From the NCBI RefSeq assembly GCF_036321535.1, contig NC_087436.1:66156001-66220000 (forward strand): a stretch of DNA of 64,000 nucleotides. The letters run 5' to 3'. Both the position numbers and the translations under genes were made by a program. Positions 41,869 to 55,130 of the stretch are shown in pieces (the stretch's first letter is position 1; each line of letters starts with the position of its first letter). The DNA comes from Camelus dromedarius. Lineage: Eukaryota. The notes below the pieces were generated by a model. That model was not told where the DNA came from. It saw only the letters and a list, made by a program, of their open reading frames with translations, and made no database searches.

Positions 41869-41984
41869 TGTACCACTGGGTGACGTAATCTTCTAGAGCT
41901 CTCTTTCATGTCATATATATATGGGATCCTCAAATAAAAGAGGAAATATATTAACAGAGGTCCTGTGTATTCAGCCAAAAATAC
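41869..41984 (-). CDS. TECRL: TECRL exon 5 (116 nt): [38 protein letters not shown](H)
   Basis: Acceptor cttattttcag|, donor |gtaagt; VFLxEYxGP motif. Confidence 0.96.
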
Positions 41985-43042
41985 CTGAAAATAAGAAGGT
42001 GATTTTGGTTAAACATACATTTTTCTAGACATTATTAAAGTTTACTTAGGGCCATAATAAGCATGTCTACAGACTTAGCTTGCTTCATGAACTGGTGAAA
42101 TGGACAAGTGAGCATCTAATTTTTTAAAAGAATTAGACTAGGTGCTAATGCAAATAACAAGAAGTCTTCCTTGGAAGAATTAGCCAAGACTTAAGAAGAA
42201 GGACAATTACAAACAGTTAATTAAAAATAAAAATAAATATTGAACATAATATAATGATTTCCTCATAAATAGTACAAAGGAATTTTTATTTAACTAACCA
42301 AACTATTGTAAGTATATTCCTTCATGTCTCTCCAGCCCTGTAAACACTTCATCGTCTTTGATAACTGCCCCTGTCATTGAATGGAATGGCCTATAGTTCC
42401 TTTCTTTTTTTTTTTTTTTAATCTTTTTATGAACATGTCATCTTGAACTCAATTTATTTGACCATGATTCAAATTGAAATAATTTATTTCTCTCTTTTGG
42501 AAATTTTAGACTTAATTCTAATGAGTCTGAGTAAGTAGTTTAAATGACTGCCTTCTGAATTCTGTAGTTGAGGGCCAATCAGATATGTGGAGTGAGATAT
42601 CCAATCTATAGAGAGACAATCATAAGATTTGGAAAGTCTGGAAATGAGACTTTGTGATGGGAGAAAGATTAATTGACTGACTGGTTTTGTGATAATTTTC
42701 TGAATCTGCTAACTGTCCATTATTTGGTTTTGTTTTGATGCTAAAATCAGATGAAAGTCACACTCTGAAATTGTCAGCCAGAGAAGGGAAAATAATTTCC
42801 CTATGAGGGTTCAAAGAAAAGGGAAAGAATGCAGACATGGCAATGATGAATCCAACTGCCATTACTACTTTGCTTTGTGTTTGCCAATTTTCATCATTTT
42901 CTAAGGAGGGAAACATGAAGCTATACATGTTCTGCTCAGATATGCAGGTGTGCATATTGATTATTAATGCTCTTATCTCTGGTGAGAATTTTGTATAACT
43001 ATCTGGGTAGAATATATGATATAATGCACATGCATATTTAAT

Positions 43043-43044
43043 TA

Positions 43045-43100
<56 letters not shown>

Positions 43101-43103
43101 TAT
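43043..43103. repeat. Compound microsatellite (TG)3(TA)16(CA)7
   Basis: Read directly; explains the start of track ORF 42758..43099. Confidence 0.95.
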
Positions 43104-44213
43104 CAATGGCTATTTACATATGTAAGTTTCTTCAGTTATACTTTTTAAAAACAGTATTATCTCATGAGCCATGAAAGACTTTTATGTGACAGGAAAAACA
43201 ATGCAACATCTGATAAATTCAGTATTAAGGTAACCTTTTTACTGACAGAATATATTAATCTATGACATACAACATGCCTGATTATTCAGATATAAATAAA
43301 AAGATATTTTCCACTTAGGGAGTGTCTGATAGGAGAGTCTAGTTAATGCTCTAGAATAATTAGGAGAGTGATTATTTTATTAAAAAAAGTTTAAAAATAT
43401 TTAAATGCCTCTGATCTAGTCAAGTCAATTTTCAGCAAATTCTATAGTAATATATCAGAAATGAAAACTATGGCAAACATAGTTAACCTGGACTGAATGT
43501 CAGTCTTTGAGTTAATAAAAATGCTATCACAAATATGAGGCTTTTTGTATCAGAGGAAATTAAACTATAATCTTATCTCCATCATCCCCTTAAAAAATTG
43601 GAAACACCTGGTAGCTTACAGGAATATGTTCCAGGAGAACCAGCATCTTATCACAAATATTTTTTGTGCTGAAACATGGGGGTTAAAAGAGTACCAAAAT
43701 ATGAAGGAATATCCTGACATAAAAGTACTGAAGGGAAATAAAATACAACTTTTGGACAGTGCATCTTTCAAGCAACAAATCTATTTGGATGCAAACAGAA
43801 GAAAGGAATAGAGACTTTGATTAAACATAGAAAGTAATCTGAAAATAGTTTTAGAATAAAAAGAAAACAAGAGCCAGATAGACAAATATTAGTAAAACAG
43901 ACTTCTGAAACAGGAACTGATATTCTTTGACTAAAAACATGGAGAGTAAAAATATAATTAAAGCCAAAATAAACTCACAAACATATACTTACAAGTATAC
44001 AGCCCAAGCAAATCAAACAAAGCTATTAAGACCAGGAACTCCATTATAATCCAGAAGTTTAGTATAGATTCTATATTCAAAATAAGCAAATATGCTCTCT
44101 TATTACTTTAAAGATATATTCTACTTTTATATTTCAGTTTATTTCCAATGTCAAATTATTTCCTTGCTTTCCCTTTATTAGTGAGTTCTCTGTATAAACT
44201 AATGTGTTGCTTT

Positions 44214-44308
44214 AAAAATTTTTTGTGTGTGTATATATTTTTTTATTGAAGTATAGTCAGTTTATAATGTGTCAATTTCTGGTATACAGTACAATGCTTC
44301 AGTCATGA
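44214..44308 (-). mobile_element. Very short L1 3'-end insertion with target-site duplication
   Basis: Reverse complement resembles the end of the 40785-41097 element; gttgcttt on both sides (44206-44213, 44309-44316) at a TTTT/AA site. Confidence 0.75.
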
Positions 44309-44999
44309 GTTGCTTTTAAATGTAAAATTCACTATTTCTACTTAAGCAAGCTAGGCAATTAGGATTTTTTTGGAACTTCTGAGGAATATTCAACTTGGTA
44401 TATGTCTAAATTGAAAAGGAAGAAGGCAATAAGCTATTTTAGAAAATATAAATTGAAACATGCTGCTACAATTGTTGTGAATTGATTAGGACTCTTGTGC
44501 TTGGACTGCCCTTAATACATTTCATTCTCCGTTTAAAAACAACTTTTTTTTAGTCCTGTCATTATTAAGGTAGTGTTGGCTTTGTATGTTGTCTAAAATT
44601 GCAATTGACAGTTAAAAACAAAATAAATTGTATGTCTCACAGTTGCTGGAAATCACTGACAAAAATAAGGTAGTGCCAACCTTAACTTTCTAAAGATAGG
44701 AGAGCTATTAAGTAAAATTATGAGAACATCTCCCCATAGTAATTTTACTTTGTACTCAGTGAGTACTATGGGAAGCAATATGATACCAGAAGGCTATTTT
44801 AAAAATTTAACCATTATATGAGTAACATATAATGGAGAATTCTATTCAACATTATTCAAACAAACCATCCTGATGGGACCAGCAAGAAAAATTGATTGAA
44901 ATGTTTTTCAGGAGCCAAAGAATTACTGAGTCATTGAAGAATTAGAAGGTTAGGATGTTTAAAATGGGGCTCCAGTGTAGTGACCTGGTAAATGAAGCC

Positions 45000-46420
45000 T
45001 GGTAACAGATGAAAAGACCACATTTTTTGAGGGTGCCTGAGAATGGAAAGACAAAAATTATTGCTTGGAAACTTTTGAAGATGGAGGTGGCTTTATAAAA
45101 CCTCCAGGATTTGGATTAGAACCTAGAAGAGTTACAGTCTGGGAGTAAAGATGAGACAGAAGTAGATCTATCATCATAGGTACTGAAACTCAGTCTGAAA
45201 TCATTTCAATCATAGATTCAGTTGAGTTAACTTGGACTCAATATTGCTATTAGTCCATCTGCAGAATGATAAATTATCTTTGAAAGAAGATACCATCTTC
45301 TTAGGCCTTAAGTTATCTTTCAGTTTTTTCACATCAATTTTCCTTCACCACATCAGAAGTATGCAAGTATACAAAGAGTGAAGATATTGTGACCAAAACC
45401 AAAAAAACAGTAGACATTGAAAACAGGTGAACTAAAGATTAATGAAACAGAATTGTCAAATAAGTACTTTTAAAAAACAATCTTTTAATGTAAAAAGAAA
45501 ACTAAAAGTTGAGGAATAAAGCAGATATTTGAAAGCCTGAAAAGAAAAATATGAAAATGTAATATAAATCCCAGAAGGAGAATGTAAAGAGAATAATGGA
45601 AAATAAAAAGATGAAGAGATTATGGTAACTAAATTTTTAAATTAAATATATGAACCGTAGACTCAGATAACACTATAAACTCACAGCAGGATAAATAAAA
45701 CCACAATCATAACTATGCATACCATAATCAAATTCCTGATAAACAGTGGGAATCAAAAAACAGAATAATGCAATTTTGTGAATTAAAGATAAAAAATAAC
45801 TGCCAACATGAAATTTTTTCTGCAAAATTATTCTTCAAGAATAAAAGTTGAATAAATATATTTTAAGATAAACAAGAATTTAGTGCAATCACTAAAGACA
45901 GAACCAGAATAAAGCACCAAAGATGTTCTTCAGGAAGAAGGATAATGATTACATATGTCAGCTCAGTATCAGAAGGTAAAACTAAACTGCAATAAAAAGG
46001 GTGAATCTAAATAAAGATTGGCCATATGAAATTATAGTGGTAGATTTTGGCTTTATATATATATATATACACATATATATACAGAAAATTAAAATATGCC
46101 ATTATAATAGAAAAGTCAGGAGCCCAAATATCTTAATCATTCAACTATCTGTGAAGTATCTTCACATTAGTAAACTTAAACAATTTTATTGGTGTTCAGT
46201 ATTTTAAAGCTGCATATTGCAATATCTTGGGTAATCACTAGAGTTGGTGAAAAAGGATTTAGCTACCAAAAGAACAGAAAGTCTACTAGAAAAGAAAGTA
46301 TGACAATCCAAATGGGGCAAGAAGAAAGGCAGAAAATGGATTATAAGACACATGAGGCAAATTAAAAGAAAATATTGTTTGACAATTAAAAAAATAGATA
46401 ATTTTTTACAATTAAAAACC
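45000..46420 (+). mobile_element. Highly degenerate L1M 5'/ORF1-region sequence
   Basis: A-rich with phrases such as tcccagaaggagaa, cataatcaaatt, attattcttcaagaataaa, gttcttcaggaagaagg. Confidence 0.5.
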
Positions 46421-47740
46421 TATGATTAAAATTTAAAATAAAAAACTATTAAACTATTAGAAGAAATCAGAAGAAAAACTCCCAGGCCTAGGACTAAGCA
46501 AAGATTTCTTACATACGATACTGGGGGCAAAATCCTTAACAGAAGACATTGATAAATTAGGTTTGCATTAAAATTGAAAACTTTTTGCACAGCAGTAAAA
46601 ATCCTGCTAAAAGGATGAAAAGAAGTTAAAACAGAGAAAATATTTGCAAACCACATATGAGACAAGGGACTTGGATGTAGAATATAAAAGGTGCTCTTTA
46701 AACTCAACTGTTGTCCCAGATAAAGAATAACCTATGTTCACACAAACACCTACACACAGATAGGTAATAGCTTTATTTGTAACAGCACAATACTGAAAAC
46801 CACTCAGTGTTTGACAATAGGTGAATAATTAAACAAACTGTTACATCCATCCAACTGGATTTTTTTATTGTAAAGTTTTTAATAGTTTTTTATAGTCATA
46901 ATTTTTATTATAATTATCTATTTTAATTGTCAAACTTTTTCCTCCTATAATTATTTTCTTTTTATTTATTTTGTGTTTATAAGTTACAGTTTTAAGTACT
47001 ATTAACAAAAAATAAACAAGAGCTTCCTAACAAGTGAAAAAAATAATTTAAATGTTGGAAAAATTGGCCTCATTAACATATTTATAGACTTTTATTTAAT
47101 ACATACTCCACTGGAAATAAATTATATGACATTTATATAATTTATATAATATTAATATTTCCAAATCACTCTGAGTAGAGAGCACTTCAGTTCTTTACTG
47201 TCTATACCCAAAGTTGAAAATCACTTAGTTTCTGAAAGACATACTGACAAGCATCAGCAGTGGTCAATCTGAGATGCTATTGACATTGTGTCATTCAAGC
47301 ATGATGGGAGAGAACAAAATACTGAAAACCACTCTATGTTTGACAATAGGTGAATAATTAAACGGAGTCTGTTATATCCATCCAGCTGAGTACTACTCAC
47401 CAATAAAAAGAAGCAACAACCAGGATGGATGGAAAGGGCACTATGCTTAGAGAAAAATGAACATCAATCTCAAAAATTTTTTTGATTCTGTTTATATAGC
47501 ATTCGCCAAATGACAAAAATATAAAGATGAAAAACAGATTGGTGGTTGCCCCAGGACAAGAAAAAGAGGATGTGAATATAGAAGGGTCACATGAGGGAGT
47601 TCCTTTGTGGGAATGAACAATTCTGTATCTGATTTTTGTTGGTAGATATGTTAATATATGCAAGAGCTAAACTGCATAGGACTGTACACATACATGAATG
47701 AATGTAAAAGTGGTGAAAACTGAATAAGATCTTTAGTTAA
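46420..47740 (+). mobile_element. L1MC/MD-type ORF2 end and 3' UTR, interrupted at 46858-47317
   Basis: aaactattagaagaaa, agaaaatatttgcaaaccacatatgagacaagggactt, aaacagattggtggttgcc, aagggtcacatgagggagttcctttgtgg. Confidence 0.8.
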
Positions 47741-49669
47741 GAGGATTTGTATGATGGGAATTATATTATTCTAGTAAGCCTTTTTTCTAAGTCTTTCAGT
47801 AAGCTCCATGAGACAAGAATTTTCTCAGTATTCTGTAACAATGCACTCTTACTTGATGAAAAATATTATTAAAATCTTAATTTTGATTTTGCTAAATTAG
47901 AGATTTTTTCTTAAAAAAAGAAAACATGATAATGGTTTTATTATAGGAGCACATTTTAATATTTTATAAATTTTCAAGAATGTTATGTGTGGTAAAATAT
48001 TCCTTTTATTGTATAATTTAGTTGATGTAAAGTGGGTGTGATTGCAACACAATGTGTATATTTTGGGCATTAATAGGACTGACTCATTTGGAGCAAAAGA
48101 GTGTGTGAACCATAGTGTTGATTTAAAAATATCCAGCCTATTTTTGGAGGTTTCTTTGTCACCTAAATGACTTTCCTTTCAAATAAGCTATAATTTTCTA
48201 GTACAATTGTCATAGAATTCCACCTTAGCACTTTTTATCCTTAGTGCTTATCCACATGATACAGCTGGAATTTCTAATGAACTCAGTTAATGCTACTCAC
48301 TCTGACACAACTTCTGTAGACAGAATTCCCTTTTCATCATAAGTGGACAAAGACTCTGAATATTTTAACCTTTGAAGATCAAAATCTGCTTGTCTTAAAC
48401 CTCTTTTAGCAGAGGTTGTAGGTATCACATTTAAGTATTAAACCTTTTGGTTACAGGATGCATGCATTAATAGGTTGTTTTATGAACTTTATAATTCACC
48501 TCACAAGGATTCAGAATATTCTAAACTCAGTTTTTAATGCAACAAATTAGTACTCAAAGCCTCAACAAATCTCGGAAACTAAAGCGACCATTTAACCAAA
48601 CACACTAAAAGTAATTATCTAAATACAGGAAGATGTTAAAGGAGAGATTGCTAGAAAAGTAAAGGTGTGACATTTTGATTAATGAATGTAAACTTGAACT
48701 TTTCTTTTTGAGAATTAAATAAAGACATATAAATTATCCTGTGATTGTAATAATTTTAAAATTGATTGTTGCACTATGAAGGGAAACAAAGCACTATGCT
48801 GGCAAAAAGAAAGCCATTTTGAATAGAAAATATTACAAGTATAATCACGTAACAAATATAAAGTAGAATGTAATCAGAAAAAAATCTTTCAAGTCTGAGA
48901 AATACCAAGAAGATAGGTTTAATTTAATTGAAGAATGATTGCACTATTTCTGTATATCAGTGTTAAAATTGTTTTTCAGATTAACTCCTTTACTGCCTGT
49001 CAGTAAATATCACAAGTATTTCCTCTTGCTACTGAAGCTATTCCATCTATCTATTCCATTATTCATGAATACTTCATTATTTGTGAAGTAGTGTCAAGTA
49101 TTTTCTCTGTTTCTTAGTCCTCTGTGTCTTGTAATGTAGTCTTCATTCTTCTAATGCCATTGGATTCAGTTGCCACCACTCTGAAAGCCCCTCCTTCAAG
49201 ACGGTGAAAAGAACACTCCACTTCCCACAACTCAAAGTCTTACTACTTAACTCTGTTTTCAAAATGTCCTCCCCACTTCCTTGGAACATTTTTTATTGAA
49301 TGTTCTATCTCCCCTCTTTCCAATGAGAAAACCATCTTCATTATCCCCAAGCTCTTAAAAGGAAAAGTTAAAGAAAATACCATTTAACTGACAAGGCATA
49401 AGGAAAGCAGAAATGAGGCCATCAATCATAAGACAGATTGAAAATTTGAAAGGAACTTATCTTCTTATTTTCAACCATGTATATCCATTGCTCCAATTCT
49501 TGAGTGAAATTTTGGCCACTCACCACAGTAAGAATGGAAAATTTAAAATACCATCAGAACAATATTATGTTTCACTATGAATTTATTTGACAGAAAATGT
49601 CCTCTCTGTCAGCACATTATTCACATCAAAATATGGGATATGTATATTGCATTTCAAACTGATACTTAC

Positions 49670-49773
49670 TGTAGTCCAACTGACTTGCCGACCTAGGTCT
49701 GTAAAATAGAGTGTGACAATGGAGGAAGTTGCAATACTTTGAATGGTTACGTAGTCCTTCAAAAAAGGCCCAC
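49670..49773 (-). CDS. TECRL: TECRL exon 4 (104 nt): [35 protein letters not shown]
   Basis: Acceptor gttgtttaag|, donor |gtaagt; contains the DLGxQxxW motif. Confidence 0.96.
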
Positions 49774-50169
49774 CTTAAACAACAAGGAAAGGTTATTTTA
49801 ATACAATTTCAAGGCATAATGATAAATAATTTTTAATGTGAAACTGGTGACAGCTAAGGATGACTTTTACATAGAAATTGTAATGTACAATAAACATTTA
49901 AAGTAAAATAAAATGTGAATAAACTCATTTTATAAAGTATATCTGGCAAATTTTCAAATACACATGGTTTCCCATGCTATCTAAACAAAGTGCAAGTTCC
50001 CACTAGCTACTACCCTATTGTGTTCTGAGAAAATGTAATATTAGGTAGTATCATAATCAAATATGATATGAGTTTTTTTAAGTATAATTTTATGTGTCAG
50101 TATACATAGATATCAACTGCCCTATAAGTGATTTTATTATAGGATAAGTTAGTTAGAGTAGAATGATTT

Positions 50170-50830
50170 CAATGACCATTGCAAAACACTAGGGGATGGA
50201 CATGATTCACTTTTTTAAAAGATCACTATGGATGTTGTGTGGTAACTGGGAAGAAAGGAAGCAAGATTGCTTAGGAGGAAGCCAAAATTCATCAAATAGG
50301 AGGGATGATGTTTGGATTAAGGTGACACTGGTGGAAATGTTAAAAATTCATCCATGCCAGATTTACTTTGAAAATAGAGCAGGTTCAACTTGAGAGGAGA
50401 GTATTCAGTGGAATATAGACAATGCTTAGATTTTTGGCCTGAGCACTTAGGTGAATGACAATCTCATTAACTCTCATGAAGAAGATTGGGGAAGGACGGG
50501 ATTTAAGGTGAAAATGAAGATTTCAGTGAGGGTGTGTTTAGTGTTTGATATCTATTAGACATTCAGGTGGGAGCTGTCAAATACATACTTGGGTAGCTGT
50601 GTCTGCAGATATTTAAAAGTCATTAACATTTAAAGCCATGGGGCATGATGAGATTATTTATGCATTCAGTTTGAAAAGAAGGGAATGGAAACTGAGACTG
50701 AGCTTTCTAGCACTCCAGGCTTTTAAAGTAAGAGAAATATACAGCAAAGATTACTGAGAAGGAATTTCTCATGAAATAAGAGGAAAATAAACAGAACTGA
50801 TGTCCAAAGACTTGTAAAGGAAATGTTTCT
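50170..50830 (-). mobile_element. L2 remnant
   Basis: ttttaaaagatcact, tttttggcctgagca, ctattagacattcaggtgg, tttaaagccatg, gatgagatt. Confidence 0.75.
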
Positions 50831-51319
50831 TTCTTAAATATGAATACTAGACAAGTTTGGCATGTGTATACTGAAAGATATGTACAAAGATGTTCTTTTT
50901 AGCATTAGTTGTAACAAAAACATTGTAAAAATCTTAAATGTTCATAAATAAGATATGGACAACTATATTCTGTTTTAATCAAAGGTGTACTGTACAGAAA
51001 GAAAAATGAGTAGATTAGAGCAATATGTACCAACATGGATGAATCTCACAAGTATAGTGCTATTATGTTGTTATCATTGTCATTTTTTATTTATATTATA
51101 CTTTATGCTAACCTATTTGTGATTTATTTTATCTCCAATCATGAAAATGTGTCATTTTATTCTCTATTATGGAAAGAAAGGCTAAGATGTTAATTTATGA
51201 CTATTACTAGGTGATTTTCAAAATCCAAGACATAGATTTACAATCATAATTATAAGTATTTAAAGTAAGATAAAAATATACAATTGTTATATATTAATTT
51301 TGATAAATCCAATATGAAT

Positions 51320-51792
51320 ATAATGGGCATCATTTCTTTGATTAGCTTATGATACATGACTTTAAAAGAGATCATCTAGGTCGGCCTGAGCTAATAACAG
51401 CTTCTTTGCATCTGCATGAAGGAGTCATAAAGAGAAATACTGAGATTCTATATATTAGGGAGAGTCACTGTACCATTGCTGGTTTAAAAATGGAAAAGAG
51501 CCACATGGCAAATAATGCAGGTGGCCTCTAGGAACTGAAAGCCAACAAGAAAATAGGGAACTCTGTCATATAACCACAAAAGATGGCTTTGCCACCAAGA
51601 TTGAAGATGGGAGTAGTATTTTCTCAAGTCTTTAGATGAGAATTCAGCTCAGCCAACACCTTGATTCTAGACTTGTGATAGTTTGAGCATAAAATCTAAT
51701 CTTACTGTATCTTCAAGCTAATAACTGAGTGTTGTTTTAAGCTGATAAATTTGTAGTAATTTGTTGCACAGCAATAGGAAGCAAATGTAACA
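51320..51792 (+). mobile_element. MLT1 (D/E-like) MaLR LTR
   Basis: aatgcaggtggcctctagga, cagccaacaccttgatt, gttgttttaagc, aaatttgtagtaatttgttgcacagcaatag. Confidence 0.8.
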
Positions 51793-52584
51793 TGGTTCAA
51801 GGTAAAGACTTTGATATTCGGATGGTCAGTAATGTCATTGTGACAATCGCATATAACAACAAGAAATGTTACTAAGGACAGACACTTCTGATGGCTTTGT
51901 AGCACTTGAAATTGTGATGAAAACATCTTTACAAAATGCATCTATTGACACCTTGGGGGAGGCAACGGTTCCCACTCCTCTATGACCCTTGCTGATTTCA
52001 AAAAACAGAACATTGGCATTATATATTTAAAATATGAACCCATCTATATGATATTTGGATAAAACAACTTAGCAGAATTCAGACATATCATTAATCACAC
52101 CATTCTTAAACTCAGTAATCAGGGACCCCTTTCCTTGGCATCCCATGCCTGTGTTGTCTTCTAAAGGGAAAAGAATATGTCTAGAGAACATAGAGTCCAA
52201 GAAGACGTGTAACGGAAGCCCATGCCATTTTTCTATATCATATTTTGGCCATTTATAGACCCTGAATTTCCTGCCTAAATTAATTCAAATAGAAGAGTAA
52301 TACATCTTTGGGGTTCATTTTCTCCCAAGAATGGGCGAGACCTAAGGTGCATACCTTTAAACCCGGGGGTTTGCAAGGCTATTATATAAAAAGATATGGA
52401 TGGTTGGCGTCAGTGAGGTGAAGAGAAAGACCAACTCTACTCATACTTCACACCTTTCTACTGTACAAATCTAAGGAATCTAAGAGTTAGAAATTTACCC
52501 CTGTATTTCCAGGACATTATGAAGCATATTAATCACAGTAGGAAGAGAACACATTTTAGTTGCCAGTTTGTATGACATATTTAT

Positions 52585-53010
52585 TGCAGTGATGGCTGCA
52601 ATTTTTCACCCTTACCATATCAACACCGTTTACAATATGGCTTATAGTTCCTTCTGTTGAGTTGGTGTCTATTTCTCCACCCCTTGAATGTAGCTAGCCT
52701 AGTGTCTTGCTTTGGCAAACAGAATGTGGGGAAAGGGATCATATGTCATTTCTAAGCCCGGACCTCAAGAATTCTTGAGTGTTTGTGCTCACTTACCTGT
52801 ACCTCTGATCCCACCATGAGAACAAGTTCAGAACATTCTGCTGAAACATGAGAGACCACATAGGGCAGAAAAGAGTGGCTGCAGTTGTGACCACCTTACA
52901 CCAGTCAGTCCTCAGCAGTCCACCAGCAACTGTAGCTGTATGAGTGAGCCTAGCCAGGTAAGGCCAAGTCTAGCCCAGCTCAGCAGAACCACTTAGCCAA
53001 ATGAGTGTTT
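52585..53010 (+). mobile_element. MLT1 (F/G/H-like) MaLR LTR remnant
   Basis: gtctatttctccaccccttgaat, ttgctttggcaaacagaatgtgg, caccatgagaacaag, atgagtgagcc, tcagcagaacc. Confidence 0.75.
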
Positions 53011-54469
53011 GCTATTTTTCCCATAAAAATAGGCTTCCTCTTTTATTTATGTTTCAGCAATGTCTTGTGTGACAAAACTTTAAAAGGCTCAAAATTCACA
53101 TTGATATCATTGCTCATAGTACAATCATTCTGGCAAATACATCCTGGCAGCAAATAGATGTAAATATCTTGCTCTATTTTGCTGCTGTCTTTTTTGCCTT
53201 AATGTTAATAGTTACAACTATGATTAATGAAGCATCTACCATGACAAATTATTATAGTGCTTTACAAACATAATCTTACTTAATACTTATAACTCCAAAA
53301 AGCCACCATAAGTTAGTCTTTATTAGCTCTACTTTACAAAAGAAGACCCTATGGATAAATAGGTAGAAGAGTCAAATTTAAAATTCTGAGTTACTCCAGA
53401 TGACCTCTTGTTTGCACCATATCCTGCTTATCTTACTAAATTAATTGGTTCTTCTTTTCAAATATGTTGTCACATTCCTATCCAAGGACACTTAGAGGTC
53501 TATACTTTATTCAGACCACTTCCTGGTACACTCAAACCAGATATATAAATATAAGGGGATAGTAAATAGTCACATTCACTGGAAAGGTTAAACTAACAGA
53601 AATTCCCCAGTCGCTAATAGTGTCCTTCAAATTGAAATTTCACTTAACATTGATGCCTGTGGCATTGTTTTCTGTATTGTTAAGAGTCAAGTTCAGAAAA
53701 CAGTACCACTATTTCACTTTATGTTATTTCAACATCCATGTGTTGAAAGGCATTTATGTGCCTGGCACAAACTATATGCCCTGCAGAGGCAAAAATAAAC
53801 AAGACAATGATTCTTCTTCTTTAAACACTAGTAAGATAGGAATTTATCTTGAACACTCGAGCTTGGAAGAATTTGACACCATCAACAAAGTGTGACTTAC
53901 AAGAATGCCATGGATTCCTGTCTTTTCAGCATAGAGATCTCAGAGAAAGATGGACTGTTTAAGATGGCAATGAAAACAGCACAACATCTTAGATCCAAGA
54001 AGATCATCATTTGTCCTTAAGTGAATGTGATATTTGAGAAATAGCCTGAATATTAGCAAAAGCACCAGAAAAATAAAATTCAGTTCACGACTATATGGAA
54101 AAATTTAGAGACTGAAATTCCTTCACAGATGCTTCTTATACATTTACAGTTAGGAACACGAACTGAGTAGTCCTCCACAATTTACATTTTACCCACAGCT
54201 TTTATTTAACAAGTCCAAATTTAAGGTCAAGTTGATGCAATGTCAATAATAAGATTCTTAGCAGGACTTATTTTTAAGTGTGTCTATTTAAAAATGTTTC
54301 TGAATGGAGAATAGAGTTTGACACTTCAAAAATCTTAAGGTTTATTAATGGATATAATACTTCTCCTTATAATTCATTTATTTCTTCTCCTCCTTACCTC
54401 CCTTATTCTGCTTTTAAACAGAAAAAAAAAAAGGAAATGGAGATAGGCTGTATCAATGAGAATAAATTA

Positions 54470-54710
54470 GGACTCAGTGGAATGAAGGAATGTAGCAGTA
54501 AAATCTTTAGACACAGGAAGATGTTAGTTCACATCCTGCCTCCAGTACACACTGACAGTAAATCTGTGAAAATTATCTCTTTGAGACTAAAATTTACCAC
54601 TCACAAAAGAGGAGCACTAGCTTGTTGGGAAGATCAAATGAGATAATATATTTAAGGCATTTATTACAATGTCTGCCATTTAGGAAGTAATAAGTAAATA
54701 TTAGCTATTT
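54470..54710 (+). mobile_element. MIR remnant just downstream (gene sense) of exon 3
   Basis: gttgggaagatcaaatgagataatatatttaaggcatt, taggaagtaataagtaaatattagctatt. Confidence 0.6.
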
Positions 54711-54765
54711 ATGACATAAAAGGGATTCTAAATTAAAAAAAAAGATCAGTGAAGTTGGTTCTTAC

Positions 54766-54810
54766 CACGTTCTAGCTGCAGTCCAATTCGAGAGGGGTAC
54801 CACTTTGGAC
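54766..54810 (-). CDS. TECRL: TECRL exon 3 (45 nt): PKWYPSRIGLQLER(G)
   Basis: Acceptor tttgaatag|GT, donor GTG|gtaaga; part of the ubiquitin-like N-terminal region of the TECR family. Confidence 0.95.
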
Positions 54811-54914
54811 CTATTCAAAGACAAATAACATTTGATTGTCCATACAGGTGTAAAAACATTTTAAAAGCTTCCATTGGAAGACAGATTAGATCTTAGGACA
54901 TGAAAAAAACTGAT

Positions 54915-55130
54915 TATCTAGTGTCAGAAATGGAGATAGTGGTTACCTTTGGCAGGGTGCTGACAAGCTCTGATGGATGATTCTGGAAGAAAGCATGATG
55001 GGAGCTTTAGGGGTGGTGATTTTCTGCTTTTTGACCTGGGACTGATAACAATTCAGTTTGCGGCATTTATTTAGGTAAAGTGACATATGACTTATGCACC
55101 TTTTGCAAATTATTCTTCAATACAAATCTT
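54915..55130 (+). mobile_element. L1ME-type 3' UTR remnant
   Basis: gatagtggttacctttgg, ttgacctggg, tatgcacc, ttcttcaatacaaa. Confidence 0.6.
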
